Of a DNA stretch of 64,000 nucleotides, positions 24,821 to 38,852 are shown piece by piece (the stretch's first letter is position 1; the number at the start of each line of letters is the position of its first letter). The notes beneath the pieces are model-generated. The model ran no database searches. It was given only the letters and a program-made list of their open reading frames with translations, and had not been told where the DNA came from. Source of the DNA: Eledone cirrhosa (taxonomy: Eukaryota); contig OZ024740.1 in the NCBI GenBank assembly GCA_964016885.1, positions 141,422,001 to 141,486,000 of the forward strand, read 5' to 3'. The translations under genes and the position numbers were made by a program.

Positions 24821-27800
24821 ACTCATTGACACCACTAGGATGTGAATGAGATCACATACCTGTTGTTGCTGTATTCTACTGAGATTAATAGCACCACCAA
24901 GCTGTAAACTTCGTCATGCTGTCACTGACTTATCAACAGTTTCGATCATGCCACTGCTTATTACTGGTTCATAGGCCATCCCAACTTTGCTCAATTAAGT
25001 TGGGCATGGGTCGGGGTCACCATTATGCAGAGAGTAAATTGTGTTGTATTAAACTAAATTAAATAAACCACAAAATAAAATATGTTGGTGCAAGTTTGTA
25101 TCATTTGCATGTAAAAAAATGTACTTTTCTATTTTCATACATTTGTATACGATGATAGATACAGTATGAAATATCTAATAATGATAATAACTGTTTTAAA
25201 CATAGGCACAATGCGAACAATTTTGAAGGGAAGGGTTAGTCAATTACATTAACCCTCAGTATTTAGCTGGAACTTTATTTTATCAACCTTGGAAGGGTGA
25301 AAGGTAAAGCTGACCCTGGTGGGACTTGAACTCAGAATATAAGGAACCAGAATAAATGGTGCAAGGAATTTTTCCCAAAGCTCTAATGATTCTGCCAATC
25401 CACCACCCTCAATAGCAACATTAACAATAATAATAATACAGATGATGATGATGATATCCATTGAAAGCCCTAATATGAAATAGCTGTCTACTTTGTATTT
25501 CCTCATTAACTGCAGCATTGATTTTTTTTGTTTTCATCCTGTCTATACAGCTTTTCAAAACACAGAAGGTAAACAGGAGAGATGAAAGCTTTCGCCTGAG
25601 ACAAGGGGATTAGATCAATAGCAGGAGCAATTAGATACCTTGCAGCTTTTATGTACGCATTTGTTTTGTTTATAATATTTTTTCTATTTTTTTCTTTTTT
25701 AAAATCTATTTTTTCTATTTTGCTTTCAGTTCTAAGCCATCTCAATTTACAGGACTACAGATGACCGACTTGTTATGGTGTTGACTTATTGGTTGAAGGG
25801 ATGGTACACCAGATCATATCCTACTTACCACTAAGGTAGTAAATTGGTAGGACAGTTAAAACGTCAGATAGAATAAATGTCTTTCAGTATTCATTCCAGC
25901 TTTCTACGTTTAAATGCTGTAGAGGTCAAGTTTGCCTTTCACACTTTCAAAGTTGATAAAATATAGTACCCATCCAGTACTTGAGTCAATTCTTCTCTCC
26001 CTCTTCCTCTGGAAGAAGTCAACTGTGTTCAGACCTGTAGAAAGGATGCATCTACAACTCCACCAGCTGCTCATGGCCCTTGGTTGGATTCTAGTGCTAG
26101 AGCTACAGAAGTACTTAGCAAAAATGTTGAACTCATAATTACTACCTTGTTGAAAATAATTTAATACTATCAATAATATACAAAATAAGGTCCTGTATTG
26201 AGTGTCAAATGAGCTGTATCCCAAAACTGGCTGCAATAGTGTAGTCCTTGAAATAAGACACCGGAAGCTCTGGCTAGGCTTTGTAATGGAAAGTGAAATT
26301 TACAGCTCACATCTATGAAAGTTAAGTTGACCTCATATGAGATTACATCTCATAGGTTTTTCAAATGTTCTAATGGTAGGGGCTCTAACCCTATCGTGAA
26401 AATCAATGTGAAATGAAGAATTTTGTTCAAGAATACAAGATGCCACCCAGTCCAGGAATCAAAATGGATCAGGACAGGATACTAAGGTTAAGGGTGGTAA
26501 TGAAATGGATATCATCTATAAAGTAATAACTTTGACAGCCAAAGAACATCTAGCATAAAACATGTGAATTCAAACTGAAATAAATGCATTTGTCATAAGG
26601 CAAGCCACAGTGAGTTGCTAAACACCAGTGTGAATATCATCAAAACAGATAAAGTAAAACACTGACCCACATCATTTAGCCATAAAAACTTTCAATCAAA
26701 ACCTAATGCAATTAGCACCACCATCAATGAATCAGGCAACATTTCAAAAGATTTATGATTGAAAATATTTGAAAGGATACTTTATAGGAAATTTATTTGA
26801 CATATGTGAACATCAAAAAGATATATATTTGTTTTTTATTGATTAATTGGGGAGAGGAGAGGCAGCAACCATAACCTCTTCCAATGGCTCAAAGACTGAT
26901 GGGAGGGGTAGGGAGAATAATGGAAGGATCAACCCTGAGTTGTCAAGGGTTCAGATACTCACTCTGGTATTTTGTTGTGTCTCCACCAAGATATTACTTC
27001 ACCTTTTTACGCCTCAGCATACTGGGTATTTAGTGCCCTAGTCTAGCTCTATAATATCTCTCATTCTTTCAAATAAAATAATTCAAACTTACAGTTTAGG
27101 AAGTTGATGAATCTAGCTTTTGACATTTCTTGCTCTGACCACATGAAAATTACTCAGCCTGCATTTTCTACTACACAGTCCACACTCATCCATGCCAAAT
27201 CATGAGACAGATCATAACTCCATATGACTCTCTTCACCCCTTTGGATATTTAGTAATTTATTTATTAATCACAGGAAATTATTATATGAATTTGTATAAA
27301 ACTGATCCTTTAAGGTTCAGTAATGGGTAACCTCCTAGGTAGCTGTCTAGTTGGCCTTAATGGTAGTGCTGACCATAGACAGGCTTATAAAATGCACCAG
27401 CTATGACCATGTTGTCTTTCGTTTTGATATAATGTATCTAAGGTGACAAATTAGTCATTAGAATGTAAGATAAAATGCTTTGCTGTATTTTTTCTGGTTC
27501 TTTAAAGTCAGAGTTTGATTCCCATTGAATGTATAGTTTAACATTCAACTTCTAGAGGTCAATAGATAAAATACCAGTCCAATACTGGGGTCCATTCTTC
27601 CTCTATTTCTCTTGCTCATTTGCTTTTTTTCCCATCTTTCTCTTTCGCTGAAGAAATTGGCTGCATTTAGACCTGGAAAGGGATGGACCCCCACCAGTGA
27701 TAAATATAAACAAATTACAAATTATTTTTGTATAGTAGAACCAAAGGCAGTTCCGGGCAATTTGGTTTTCAAAAGAGTTAACAAAGGTTTGGGTGCTATT

Positions 27801-28573
27801 TTTAGCAGCTTAAGTGACCAGAAATAGAGCAAAGTGAGAAAAATATGACAAAGTATTTATAACATAGATAAATAAACTAAATAAATAAAAAAATAAACAC
27901 TTAGACCACTGATTGAAAACTAAATATCTGAAGCTTCCAAATGTTTGCATGAGAGCACATGGACACATTAAATAATCATTTCTTTATTAATTATTCTTTA
28001 TGATTAAGTTATTAAATAATTAGTCTAGAAATATATGATACAATAAAAAAAAATCCAAACCAAAATCCCCAAATTTATATATGTGCTAGTATTGCTGTAC
28101 ACGAGTGTGAATGCATGCGTGTGTGAGCGGAAATGTCTGTTTACGTTTACTGTTTAAGTCCTGATGTCTTGTAACTTAGCAGTTTCACCAAAAAAGATGA
28201 TAAAATAAATCTCATCTGGGTGGTGCTCCATCATGGCCACAGTCTAATGACCAAAACAAGTGAATGAATGAAAGAATATCTATATCATCATCATCACTGT
28301 TCAGCATCCATTTTTTCCATGCTTGCATGGATTAGATGGGTTGTCCATGCCGGGAGGCAAGTTTGGCCAGAGCTGGCTATGCCGTACCTTGCTCTGATGA
28401 GGACTGCAAATTTGGCCAGGTATTTTAAAGCTGGATGCCCTTCCTAACACCAACCACATTTACAGTGTGGAACTGGATGGCTCCATTATGAGGAGGGACA
28501 GGCCAGTTAACCTCACCAAACCCATCTCACAGTGACCCATAGTTTTGGAGCCTAGTAGTGGATGGCACTGATA

Positions 28574-28614
<41 letters not shown>

Positions 28615-28824
28615 TGCATGATCACTGGGAATCCATGCAACTTGGAGTAGCAACAATGAGTAATTGCAGTAATGTAAAAATATTCTCTACTTTGGTATTG
28701 AGCACTTTTTCTTCGCGTTTACAAATCCAAGCAAATGGATACAGATTATATATAGATAAAATGTGTGTGTGCATATATATATATATATATATATACCCAC
28801 ACACACACATATATATATATATGC

Positions 28825-28856
<32 letters not shown>

Positions 28857-29442
28857 CATAATCATTAACATACCAATGTGTGTGACCTATACACACACAA
28901 AACATATACACGCCCCATTTATTCCTTTCTGTAATATAGTAGCTACTTCCTTCTTCCTGCTGAGAGAAAGGTTCCAGTTCTGTTATGGTTAATTGACTCT
29001 GTAAATCACCAGTTCCACTCAGTTAATCAATTATATAAATTTGTGTCATCCTGTCAGTTATTTAAAGAACAATTCACCCACTTAAAACTAAGCAATGTCT
29101 TATGTATAGCATAGACATTATTCTTTTATTCTTTTACTAGTTTCAGTCACTGGACTGTGGCCATGCTGGGGCACATCCTTCAAGGATTTAGTCGATTATT
29201 TCGACTCCAGTATTTATTATGTAAGTCTGGTTCTGGTACTAATTTGATCAATCTCTGTTTGTTGAACTGCTGGTATATAAGACATACAGAAACGGCAATA
29301 GTTGTTAAGATCTATAAATGTAATACACATGCACATTTGTGTATTATTATTGTCATCATTTTACGTCCAAGTTTCAGGCTGGCATTGATTGGACAAGTTT
29401 TACATCTTGAAACTGCTGGTAATCTGGAGTTAAATTAAACTG

Positions 29443-29501
<59 letters not shown>

Positions 29502-29556
29502 AAAGGGGAAGCATATATATATATATAATGGTGAGAGGTGGTGAGAGAGAGAGAGA

Positions 29557-29600
<44 letters not shown>

Positions 29601-29772
29601 GAGCTTCTTTACAGTTTTCATTTACCAAATTTACTCATATGGCATTGGTCAGTCAAGAGCAATGGTAGATGACACTTGCTTAAGCCCAAATGCAGAATGA
29701 TTGAAGTCAAATCCATGTGGTTCTGAAGTGAACTTCTTAACCACACAGCTATGCCTGCTATATATATATGTG

Positions 29773-29824
<52 letters not shown>

Positions 29825-30330
29825 TTTATATATATATATATATATACACATACAAGTAGTAGTAATCAGCTTTGCTTGCGAAACAGTAGACAATTTCTTA
29901 GTAAAGAATAATTGCAACTCTGCATAAACATATTTGAAACACGTTTATCATCAATCCATAGTCCATGACTGTGTTCTTGCTGTTGTCCCGTCATGTAGTA
30001 GTAGAGCAAATAGAAATAGATATAACATGTAATAAATAGAAATAAGTAGTGGGATTGATATGATCACTAAAACTTACAGACATTCCCCCAGTATGACTGC
30101 AGATTTGTTGAATGACTGAAGCCAGTAAAAGATCAAATTCATAATTTTTTTATCATTCATTTGCTTGGATGATTTTATGTGTATGGAATCACATGAAATG
30201 AAAATAGATAATTGAATGTGAATTAAAAAAATATGTTTAATGAATGTGTATGTGCGAGTGAGAATGTTTGCTATTACGTGGGAATCCCCTCAATCAAGGA
30301 ATCAAATTGTAATGGTACAAGTTCAAAATG

Positions 30331-30496
30331 TACTGTATTTCCCGGCATTGACTTATTTATTCCTAAAATAAGTCTCAAAAATCTACCATGTGTTCTGGAG
30401 GCCGAAGGTTGTTTATTATTTAAAAAAAAAATTTGGTTGTCAAAATTAGGGTGCATCCTCGAGGACTAAGCGTCTTCGGTACCGGGAAATACAGTA
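30331..30496. mobile_element. Tc1/mariner-pogo type MITE
   Basis: TA-CTGTATTTCCCGG ... CCGGGAAATACAG-TA: perfect terminal inverted repeat with TA ends. Confidence 0.8.
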
Positions 30497-30964
30497 ATCT
30501 TTACCATTCTAAGCAATTCACTACACAGTCACAAATAATATATATATATATATATATATAGTGGTAAAAAAATCAGGAGGTTATATCCAAAGTTGGTAGA
30601 GCATTCAGTCCAAAGGACGTGTTCAGTATAGGGTTAGTTCCATAACAAATTAGCAAACCATACTTGAAAACACGTGTTTCACCTGAAGGGTTCTTCAACT
30701 TGTGTATGGTTATAGTGAGAATGATATTTATGAGCTGGCTGGATTCTGCGCAGCAGATGTTGGTAGTTGAATGACAACTTGAGTAGACTTTTGTTTGAGG
30801 GGTGGGGTCAACTTTGAAGAACATCTGCAGCGTAGAATCCAGCCAGCTAATAAATACTTCCATTCTCACTACAACCATACACAAGTTGAAGAATCCTTCA
30901 GGTGAAACGTATTCTCAAGTATGTCTTGCTTATTTGTTGTGGAACTCTCTCTCTCTCTTTCTAT

Positions 30965-31843
30965 ATCATCATCATCATCATCATCATCATCGTTTAACGT
31001 GCGTGTTCCACGCTTGCATGGGTTTGGACGGGGGTTTTCCCACTTGAGGCAAGAGTGATTATCTTGCTCGCATAGGACTATCTGGCGGGTTTTCTACAGC
31101 TGGATGCCCTTCCTAACACCAACCACATTTACAGTGTGGGGCTGGGAGGTTTTTACCGTGTTGCCTACACGGCCACATTACAGCGTGAACTGTGTGTTTT
31201 TTTTACGTGACACCTACACGATCTCATTTGTTTCGGCCTGGATGTTGTGGCACCAACATAACTTTACATTGAAAGGGGCGGTGTGGATGGGGTGGGGGTG
31301 GTGGGACGGGGTGTATTTTGTTAGAGATACCTACTGACTGTAGTAGGTTTTACTTTGTATTTAGGTAAGGCGGGTCTTCTCTATTACTGAGTACCGCCAA
31401 AGGTCTCGGTCCAGTGACATTGTCTTGGTGAGGTGTAAGTGTGTGAGGTCGGAATTTATCAGCTCGTCCCAGGTTTTTCTGGGTCTGCCTATTTCGTGGC
31501 TACCGTCTATCTTTATTGCCCTGCACTTTGTTATACAGCTATCGTCCTTCATGCGCATCACGTGACCACACCAACGTAGCCTTCTCTCAAGTAAACAACA
31601 TCTGATCCCTCTTATTTCTAATTTTTTCCTTAGTTCGTTTATGCTTTTCCGTTCACGTATATTACTATTACACATCCAGCGGAGAATGCAAGCTTCATTT
31701 CTCTCTAGTCTGCGTATATCCTCTGCACACAATGCCCAGGTCTCACTGCCATGCAACATTGCTGTTCGTATGCAGGCATCGTACAACCTGCCTTTCATTT
31801 TTAGGGAGAACCCTTTAGCGGCTAATAGTGGTATAAGCTCTCT
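30965..31843 (-). mobile_element. RTE LINE subfamily A copy 2 (3' fragment)
   Basis: ORF 31361-31798 is nearly identical to the C-terminus of copies 1 and 3; the 3' UTR and (GAT)n tail are present. Confidence 0.95.
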
Positions 31844-31975
31844 ATATATATATATATATCCAAAATTAAATTAAGGGTTGTCATGTCTGAGAGACATGCG
31901 CCATATCCACTGCAGAATAAGCTCAAAGATTCCAATGAATAGATCCGAGCATTTCATATCAACTAGAAATAGATT

Positions 31976-32012
<37 letters not shown>

Positions 32013-32531
32013 AACATATGGAACAATCACAGGGAATAATTTGTAAAGTATGTAAGCACACATAGCTAGGTAGGTAACCAATTAAAGTTTAACTAGAACT
32101 TCAAATATTGATACCTTTTAAAATGATTAATCTTCTTTGTATATATTTCTTTAAATAAAAAATATATTTCACCAATTAATCAGTAAATCACAGTAGTCAA
32201 ATCCTGGATGGTCACCAAAGGAGAAGAAATAACTATCTGCGTTTACAAAGCAAATGCAAATCTGTGAATGACTTGAACCACCTGGTGATTCACTGATTAA
32301 TTGGTGATTTACTGATTTACTGATTTACTGATTAATTGGTGAAATATATTTTTTATTTAAAGAAATATATACAAAGAAGATTAATCATTTTAAAAGGTAT
32401 CTATATTTGAAGTTCTAGTTAAACTTTAATTGGTTACCTACCTAGCTATGTGTGCTTACATACTTTACAAATTATTCCCTGTGATTGTTCCATATGTTTA
32501 TTATATATATATATGTCAATCTATTTCTAGT

Positions 32532-32572
<41 letters not shown>

Positions 32573-33119
32573 TTTTAACATGGGAATCACTGAATTAATT
32601 CTTTATCTACTGTCAATACTTTTTACTATCTATACAGCATGTTTTCAAATACTTTATAATCTATTGTATATGAGTGTGTATATATGTTTAAAATCTATTG
32701 TATGTGTGTATATACAGATCCAGTGGATTAGATATAAATCTCAGTGGTCAGAAGATGGCTAATGAGGAGATTAATGAGAATGTAATAAGGGTGATGGTGA
32801 TGACCATGATGATGGCACAATAGAGATGGTGATGACAATAACAATGGCGATGATGGTGGTGAGAATAGTGATAGTTGTGGTGATGATGATGATGATGATG
32901 AAACATAATATTTATGATAATATTAATGTTAATAAACATTATCACTAATAAGCAAGCATTCAGCACACACAAATAGAGTGCTACTCTCTGCACCTCGCCA
33001 CTCAAAAGTATTAACTATAATTCTGAGCCTGCTTTTTTTCTCTCTCCAGTAACTGAACCATGTTTTGTAGTTATGACAACCAAATGTAGATTAGTGCTAA
33101 ATACACTGTAGCACCACCA

Positions 33120-33420
33120 GCACCCCACCTTTGATGAGAGGCTTCCTATTTGACTCCATCATCAACAACTTGTGCCAGAGGGGTACTTCTTGAGCTCGTC
33201 TCCCACTCTATCAACTTTAGTGTACAACTAAGAATCACTAATGTCCGCTATACTCTTCCCTCTCTATATCAATGGACCACACACTTCTTTGCAGATGATA
33301 CTACCCGTCACTCCTGTATAGTTTTCATCTACAACCAACATGAACATCTTAACCCTACAAAATTTCCATTACTGATCTTGAGGGCATCCTTCATGAGGTA
33401 CAGCATTAAAATAAAAAAAG
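33120..33420 (+). pseudogene. Possible very old L2/CR1-type RT fragment
   Basis: LFPLYING...HFFADDTT across a frameshift. Confidence 0.35.
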
Positions 33421-35913
33421 GCCACTTTAGATAATGTAATCTTAGATATACATTGCCAGAATGTTAAAGGTATATATTTGCACTTTTAAAGTTGACTGGA
33501 GAGAAGAACAACAAACTAACCCTTCACTACCAACAACAACATCACTAGCAACATGTATGACAGCAAATAAATGACATTGCTGCTGCTGCCGCCGTCACCA
33601 GGTACAACAACAAACTAATATTTGTGTCACTACTCTCTGCCAATATCATAACCATGTAGAACAACCACACACCACAAGATAATGTACTGCCGCCGCAACC
33701 ACCACTACCACTACTGCTACCACCACCAACGCCACCACCACCACCACCACCACCACATTAGTGGACAACAACTTGTCTGATGACTAAAACCTGCAATGAT
33801 TGCTATCAATCAATAGTTAAGAGCTCTCTGCAGGAGATGAAGAAATCAAAGATCCAGTTTGTCACTCACAGCTGTCAAGCTAACATCAACAGGTAGCTTC
33901 TACATGGTCATCGTTTCACGTGCTAGAAATAGTAACTATATCTCCCTCAAATGCCATATGAAATGAAAATGATATTTATAATTCAACCTATGCAGGTTTA
34001 GCTGGCCTCTTACAAAGTTACATCTCATAGGAATTTTCCCTGGTGTTTATGATCATGAGTCCAACACCCTAACCACTAGGTCACACACTTAAATATCAAC
34101 AAAGGTATCTGACTGGAAAATACTTCCTCAAAACTTCTATCAACTCTTATTAACATGGAAAGGGAGCTTCTACAAGTGCTAAAAATAGAAATCAAATCTC
34201 CCGCAAATCACACTCTTTAAAAAAGCAAAGGCCCATGAGATAATGTATTCCTAGATACAGTACATCTGAATAAAATATAGAATACTGCATGTATCTTTGG
34301 TTTAACAACAGGTATACTATGTCTTTGCGTATAATAAGATGCAACTAAAAGGACTGACTTCAAGAGGGGCATCCAGCTGTAAAACACTGCCTCAAAACTC
34401 CTGTTCAATGTCTATCAATATACAAAGGAAGCTTCTCCAAAGTCATCAGTCATCATGCTAGAAATAATAACCAATTCTCCATCAAATCACACACAAAAGA
34501 TAATGTAGTCTTGGCTTGAATGAAATATAGGATACTGTGTGCATTTAAAATGTATAAAGATACAGGGTTGCAAGTTTAGTTGGCTTCGTGAGTTTGCATC
34601 CCAGAGGAGGTTTTTTGGGGTCCTTAATGATAGGTGCCCCAGTCCTATCATGAAAAGCAATGTAAAATGAAGCATCTTGCTTAACAACACAAAGTGCCGC
34701 CCAGTCCAGGAATAAAATCCCTGACCATATGATTGTGAGTCCAACACCATTAGGCCATACACCTTCCCTGGTTAGCACAAAGAAAGATAATTAGCTGTAA
34801 ATTACTGCCTTAAAAGTTTTGTCCAACCCCATCAACATGGAAAAGGAGCTTCTACATGGTTATTATTTAATATGCTGGAAATAGCAAATTTCCCTCAAAT
34901 CTCATTCTTTGCAAAGGCAAAGGTATGAGACATAATGTACACATAGATACCCTAAGTCTGAATAAAATATTGGATATTGTATGCATCCTAAGGTTTAAGA
35001 ATAGGTACGACATATCCCTGCATGCCGTAAGAGGCAGCTAAAAGGAATAGTATTACGAAGGACATCTAGCTGTAAAACACTGCCTCAAAACATGTCAACA
35101 TTGAAAGGTGGATGTAAAAATGATGGCAAGATAATGATTATGGCTAGAATGTTGTTGAGCACAAGTCTAAATAAATCAGATTTGTCTTGGAGTTCAACAA
35201 CAATGATAACAATCCTAATGGTGCACAGGCAGAGCAAGCACCTCTAGGTATTTAGCATCTCAGGCTAGCCCTACAGCGTGCACCTTCTTCCAGTTATGTG
35301 CTGCATTCTCCCAAATAATATACTTTCAGCTTACAGCTTGGTAAACTGATGAATGTAGCTTTTGACACTGCTTCAGCTGATCACATTAAGAAAATTACTT
35401 AGCCTGCATTTTCCACTACACAGTCCACACTCATACCAAATCATAACAGCTTTTAACACCATTGAACTCTCTCAATTACTTTTGATATTTCCACAACACT
35501 GCTACACAGCAAAGATGCTTAGAGATTTATTTATTGATCACAGGAAAGTATTATATATTTGATTTAATTATACAAATTTGTATAAAAGTGTGATTTTTTT
35601 AATGGTTTAGTAATGCAGCACTTAAGTGCATCCTAAGTAGCTATCTAGGTGTATTATGCTGTAAAGATTTCATGTTCTCTTTAATTTACTGCTCTAAAAC
35701 TTCATGGCATAATTAAATTAATAATTAGGATTGGCAACATCATTAGAGTGCCAGTATTTAGTACTGACTCTATCTTCTGAGTTAAAATAGCTGTTGAAGT
35801 CAACATTGCCTTTCTGGGGGTCAGTAAAATAAAATACCAGTTAAATACTGGGGCCAATATAATCAACTTTTCCCTTCCCCCAAATTGTTGGCTTTGTGTC
35901 AATGATAAAATTA

Positions 35914-36138
35914 TTAACCCTTTAGCATTCACATTACTCTATATTTACTATTATATTTTCATGTAAAGGCTTTACCTCACATAATTATCCCATATAATAA
36001 TGAATCTATGAGATTTTGATATTTATTTTGAGAACAATACCTTAACATCAGTATGAGTGACTGGTTACGGCTGATTTGAACAGAAAGAGGTGAGAGATTT
36101 CTGGCTGGATATGGCCGGTTTAAATGCTAAAGGGTTAA
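35914..36138. mobile_element. piggyBac-like MITE
   Basis: TTAA-ccctttagcatt ... aatgctaaaggg-TTAA: perfect 12-bp TIR plus TTAA. Confidence 0.85.
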
Positions 36139-36749
36139 AAGACAATAGATTGGCAGAGTCATTAGAGCATTGGACATTTAATAAAGTTTGCAAGCCTGTA
36201 GAAATGAAGCTGTGAGATAGATTTGGCTCATGGACCAGAATTTATTTACTAATGATCTACCAGTTAGGGTGGTAAGTCGGCAGAGTCATTAAAACAGTGG
36301 ATAAAAGGCTTCACAATATCCATTCCAGCACTCAGAGTTCAAAGCCTGCTAAAATAAACCTTGCGTTGCATTTTTTCTCTTGCTTACTTTCTTTCTCTGG
36401 AAGAAATCAGATGTGTTTTAACCAGAAGAGGGATAGGGTCCACCAGGTTTAAAGGCCTAAGATACACCAATGTCATGACAATACCCTTAAAACTTTGAGT
36501 GTTCAATGTTCATGGATGAATGGCTCTACTGCTACACTTTGTTAGTCATTCTGTTTCTGTTTCCATGCACCATTAAAATATAGCAGCTTTGAATCTAGTG
36601 GGATTTGAAGTTTGGCAATAGGGCAAGGTGAATCCTTATCCAATAGACACATCAATAATTCTTTTGATACCAAACCACCTAAAACCAGTTTTTTATGATA
36701 AAAACTGTTTGTTTTTAAGTGTTTATTGTTGTTTATTAGTGTTTATTAT

Positions 36750-37872
36750 TATTATAAAATATATATTATAAAGCATAATAATCCAAATAGTACTAAAGCA
36801 CAGCTTATAAACAGTAAATGGATTAACAGTGTTGTAAACTGTGTGGCTTACACCTGTGGCTGTGGTTTCACCTCTGGCAATAAAATGCTTACAGGAAAGA
36901 ATTGACAAAGTTTTGAAAAAATACAAAAAACAGAGAACAATTGCAAAAATTATGATTGGGCTGTGTCAGTAAGAAATAGCTTTAGCTCTCTCTTTCAAAT
37001 ATCTAATGATGTATCATTAAACACAAGATTCGAGATTTTCATTAAAGCACATAAAAAAGGCTGCAGAAGAGCATATTCCAATAAAATTTAAAATAAGAAA
37101 ACATGTTCCATGGGAAAACCATGAGATAAGACAAAAGAGACAAACACTCAACTCAAGAAGCTGCAGAATTACAGTAACCACAAGAAACAATAAAAAATGT
37201 CATGAAGAAGCTTTGAAAAATCTATCTGATACATATCTAGTGGTTCAAAAGAATTTATAAAAAAAAAAAAATCAACCTAGTTCAATCCTCAATTAAAAAT
37301 AATCTGCAGCAGCCTGGCAAACCATCAATGAAATCAGTAGAAAAAAGAATCCAACCAAGTCAAAATTGAAAGCAACAAGTGAAACAGATGTGGAAAAATC
37401 ATTTCCAAACCTTCAGACATAGTTGCTATGCCTTTCAACAAATATCAGAGCAACTCAATATCAAATGTGGAGACTTTACAAATGCTGAAATTTAAACTGT
37501 TTTAAAAACATTGAAATCGAACAGAGCACCTGACCTTGATGAAATACCACTTGAGTTATGGAAAACCAAACAATTTAATGATATTCTCTTGAAGTTCTGA
37601 AATGACATATATAATCAAAACAATATAGGAACATGGCTGTATTTTCCCCTTACCCACAAAAGGAGATCTTGGTGTGGCAAAAATTTATAACTCTATGCTG
37701 CTTAGTCGCATATGTCCAGAAATCAAAAAGGTATTGAGAAAAAATCAAAATGGCTTACGAAGAAGACGATCAAATCTTAACGGTTCACAGAATTTCTGAA
37801 GGTCTGAAAGCTAAAAATCTAAATGCTGTTCTGTTATTTGTTGATTTCTCCAAAGCATTTGATTCCAACAGT
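36750..37872 (+). pseudogene. Degenerate non-LTR (RTE-related) RT fragment from a different family
   Basis: RAPDLDEIPLELWK, GCIFPLPTKGDLG, LRKNQNGLR and LLFVDFSKAFDS, with many stops and frameshifts. The piece at 18001-18065 ([14 protein letters not shown]) probably belongs to a similar family. Confidence 0.75.
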
Positions 37873-38449
37873 GACATTATCCATTTTACTGTCTCTTTTT
37901 AAGACATTAGGGGGTAATTTGAGAGATATGTGGTTGTCATTTCTAACAAGTCGAACGACTACGATATTTTGATATTGTTTCAGTATAAGGAACAAGAAAG
38001 ATCGATATATAGACAGTATGTAAGAATGAGTAAGTGTAAAAATTTAGAAATATTAATGTTTAAGAAATATTAATACAAGGGAGATAACTCTTGTCCGAAA
38101 AATTTGATTCAAGCGTTATATTTTCTTATCAGTAGAAAGTGTATTGACGTATTAATAGGAATATTATTTTTTATAGTTATAAAATGAGATGAAATATATG
38201 TGAAATATGCATTGAAATTCGGAAAATAACTATGTAAAATTGCAGTGCTGGTGCCACGATAAAATAAGGTGCTTGGTGTTACGAAGCGCATTCAGTTGTA
38301 GAAATCAGTCCCAAATATGGGCAATTTGTGGTTCTCCCAGCCCTACCCAGTCTTGGACTGTGAAAACTCATTCAACCAGTGCCAGTATGGAAAACAAACG
38401 TAAAACGATGATGATGAACAGAACAGTTTTTATGATCATGAATCTTGAG

Positions 38450-38852
38450 TAATGACCGAAACAATACAATCGGCCGAAATGGGATTCCCCCAAAGGGTCT
38501 TTGGAGTATAATTACTCAATAAAGTGCATAGCTCAAATATCAGAAAGTCATTCCAGGTAGAGCCGCTACTTCTCCGAATTGAGAGATCACAGCTCTGATA
38601 CTATGGACATGTGGTTAGAATGTCCCAGGAAAGAATCACTGGACAGATTTTACAGGCAAAACCAACAGGCAAATGAGCCAGAGGTAGACCCCGAGCAAGA
38701 TGGTTGGATAACATCCATGAGCTTGGTTGGTCTCACTTGGGGATCCAGCCAAATCAATTGGAGATGGTTGCTTCTGACAGGACCTGCTGGAAGGAGTGTT
38801 TGAGGACTCTGCCCCCATGACCCTCTCAGAAATAAGTGGGTGAAGAAGAAGA
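38450..38852 (+). pseudogene. Expander/Rex3-like RTE 3' fragment with (GAA)n tail
   Basis: AEMGF...VEPLLLRIERSQL*YYGHVVRM...RGRPRARWLDNI..LGWSHLGI...LRTLPP. Confidence 0.8.

Noticed and set aside
25510-25810. Plus-strand splice acceptors (about 25549 and 25729) suggesting a second gene
   Set aside because: The sequence after 25729 has stops in all frames, and no coherent exon chain or homology was found.
28390-28420. Isolated CTGATGA strings (also near 12942 and 39058) and an isolated GAAACAATTGTA near 19662
   Set aside because: Each lacks the partner core element or the stems needed for a hammerhead.
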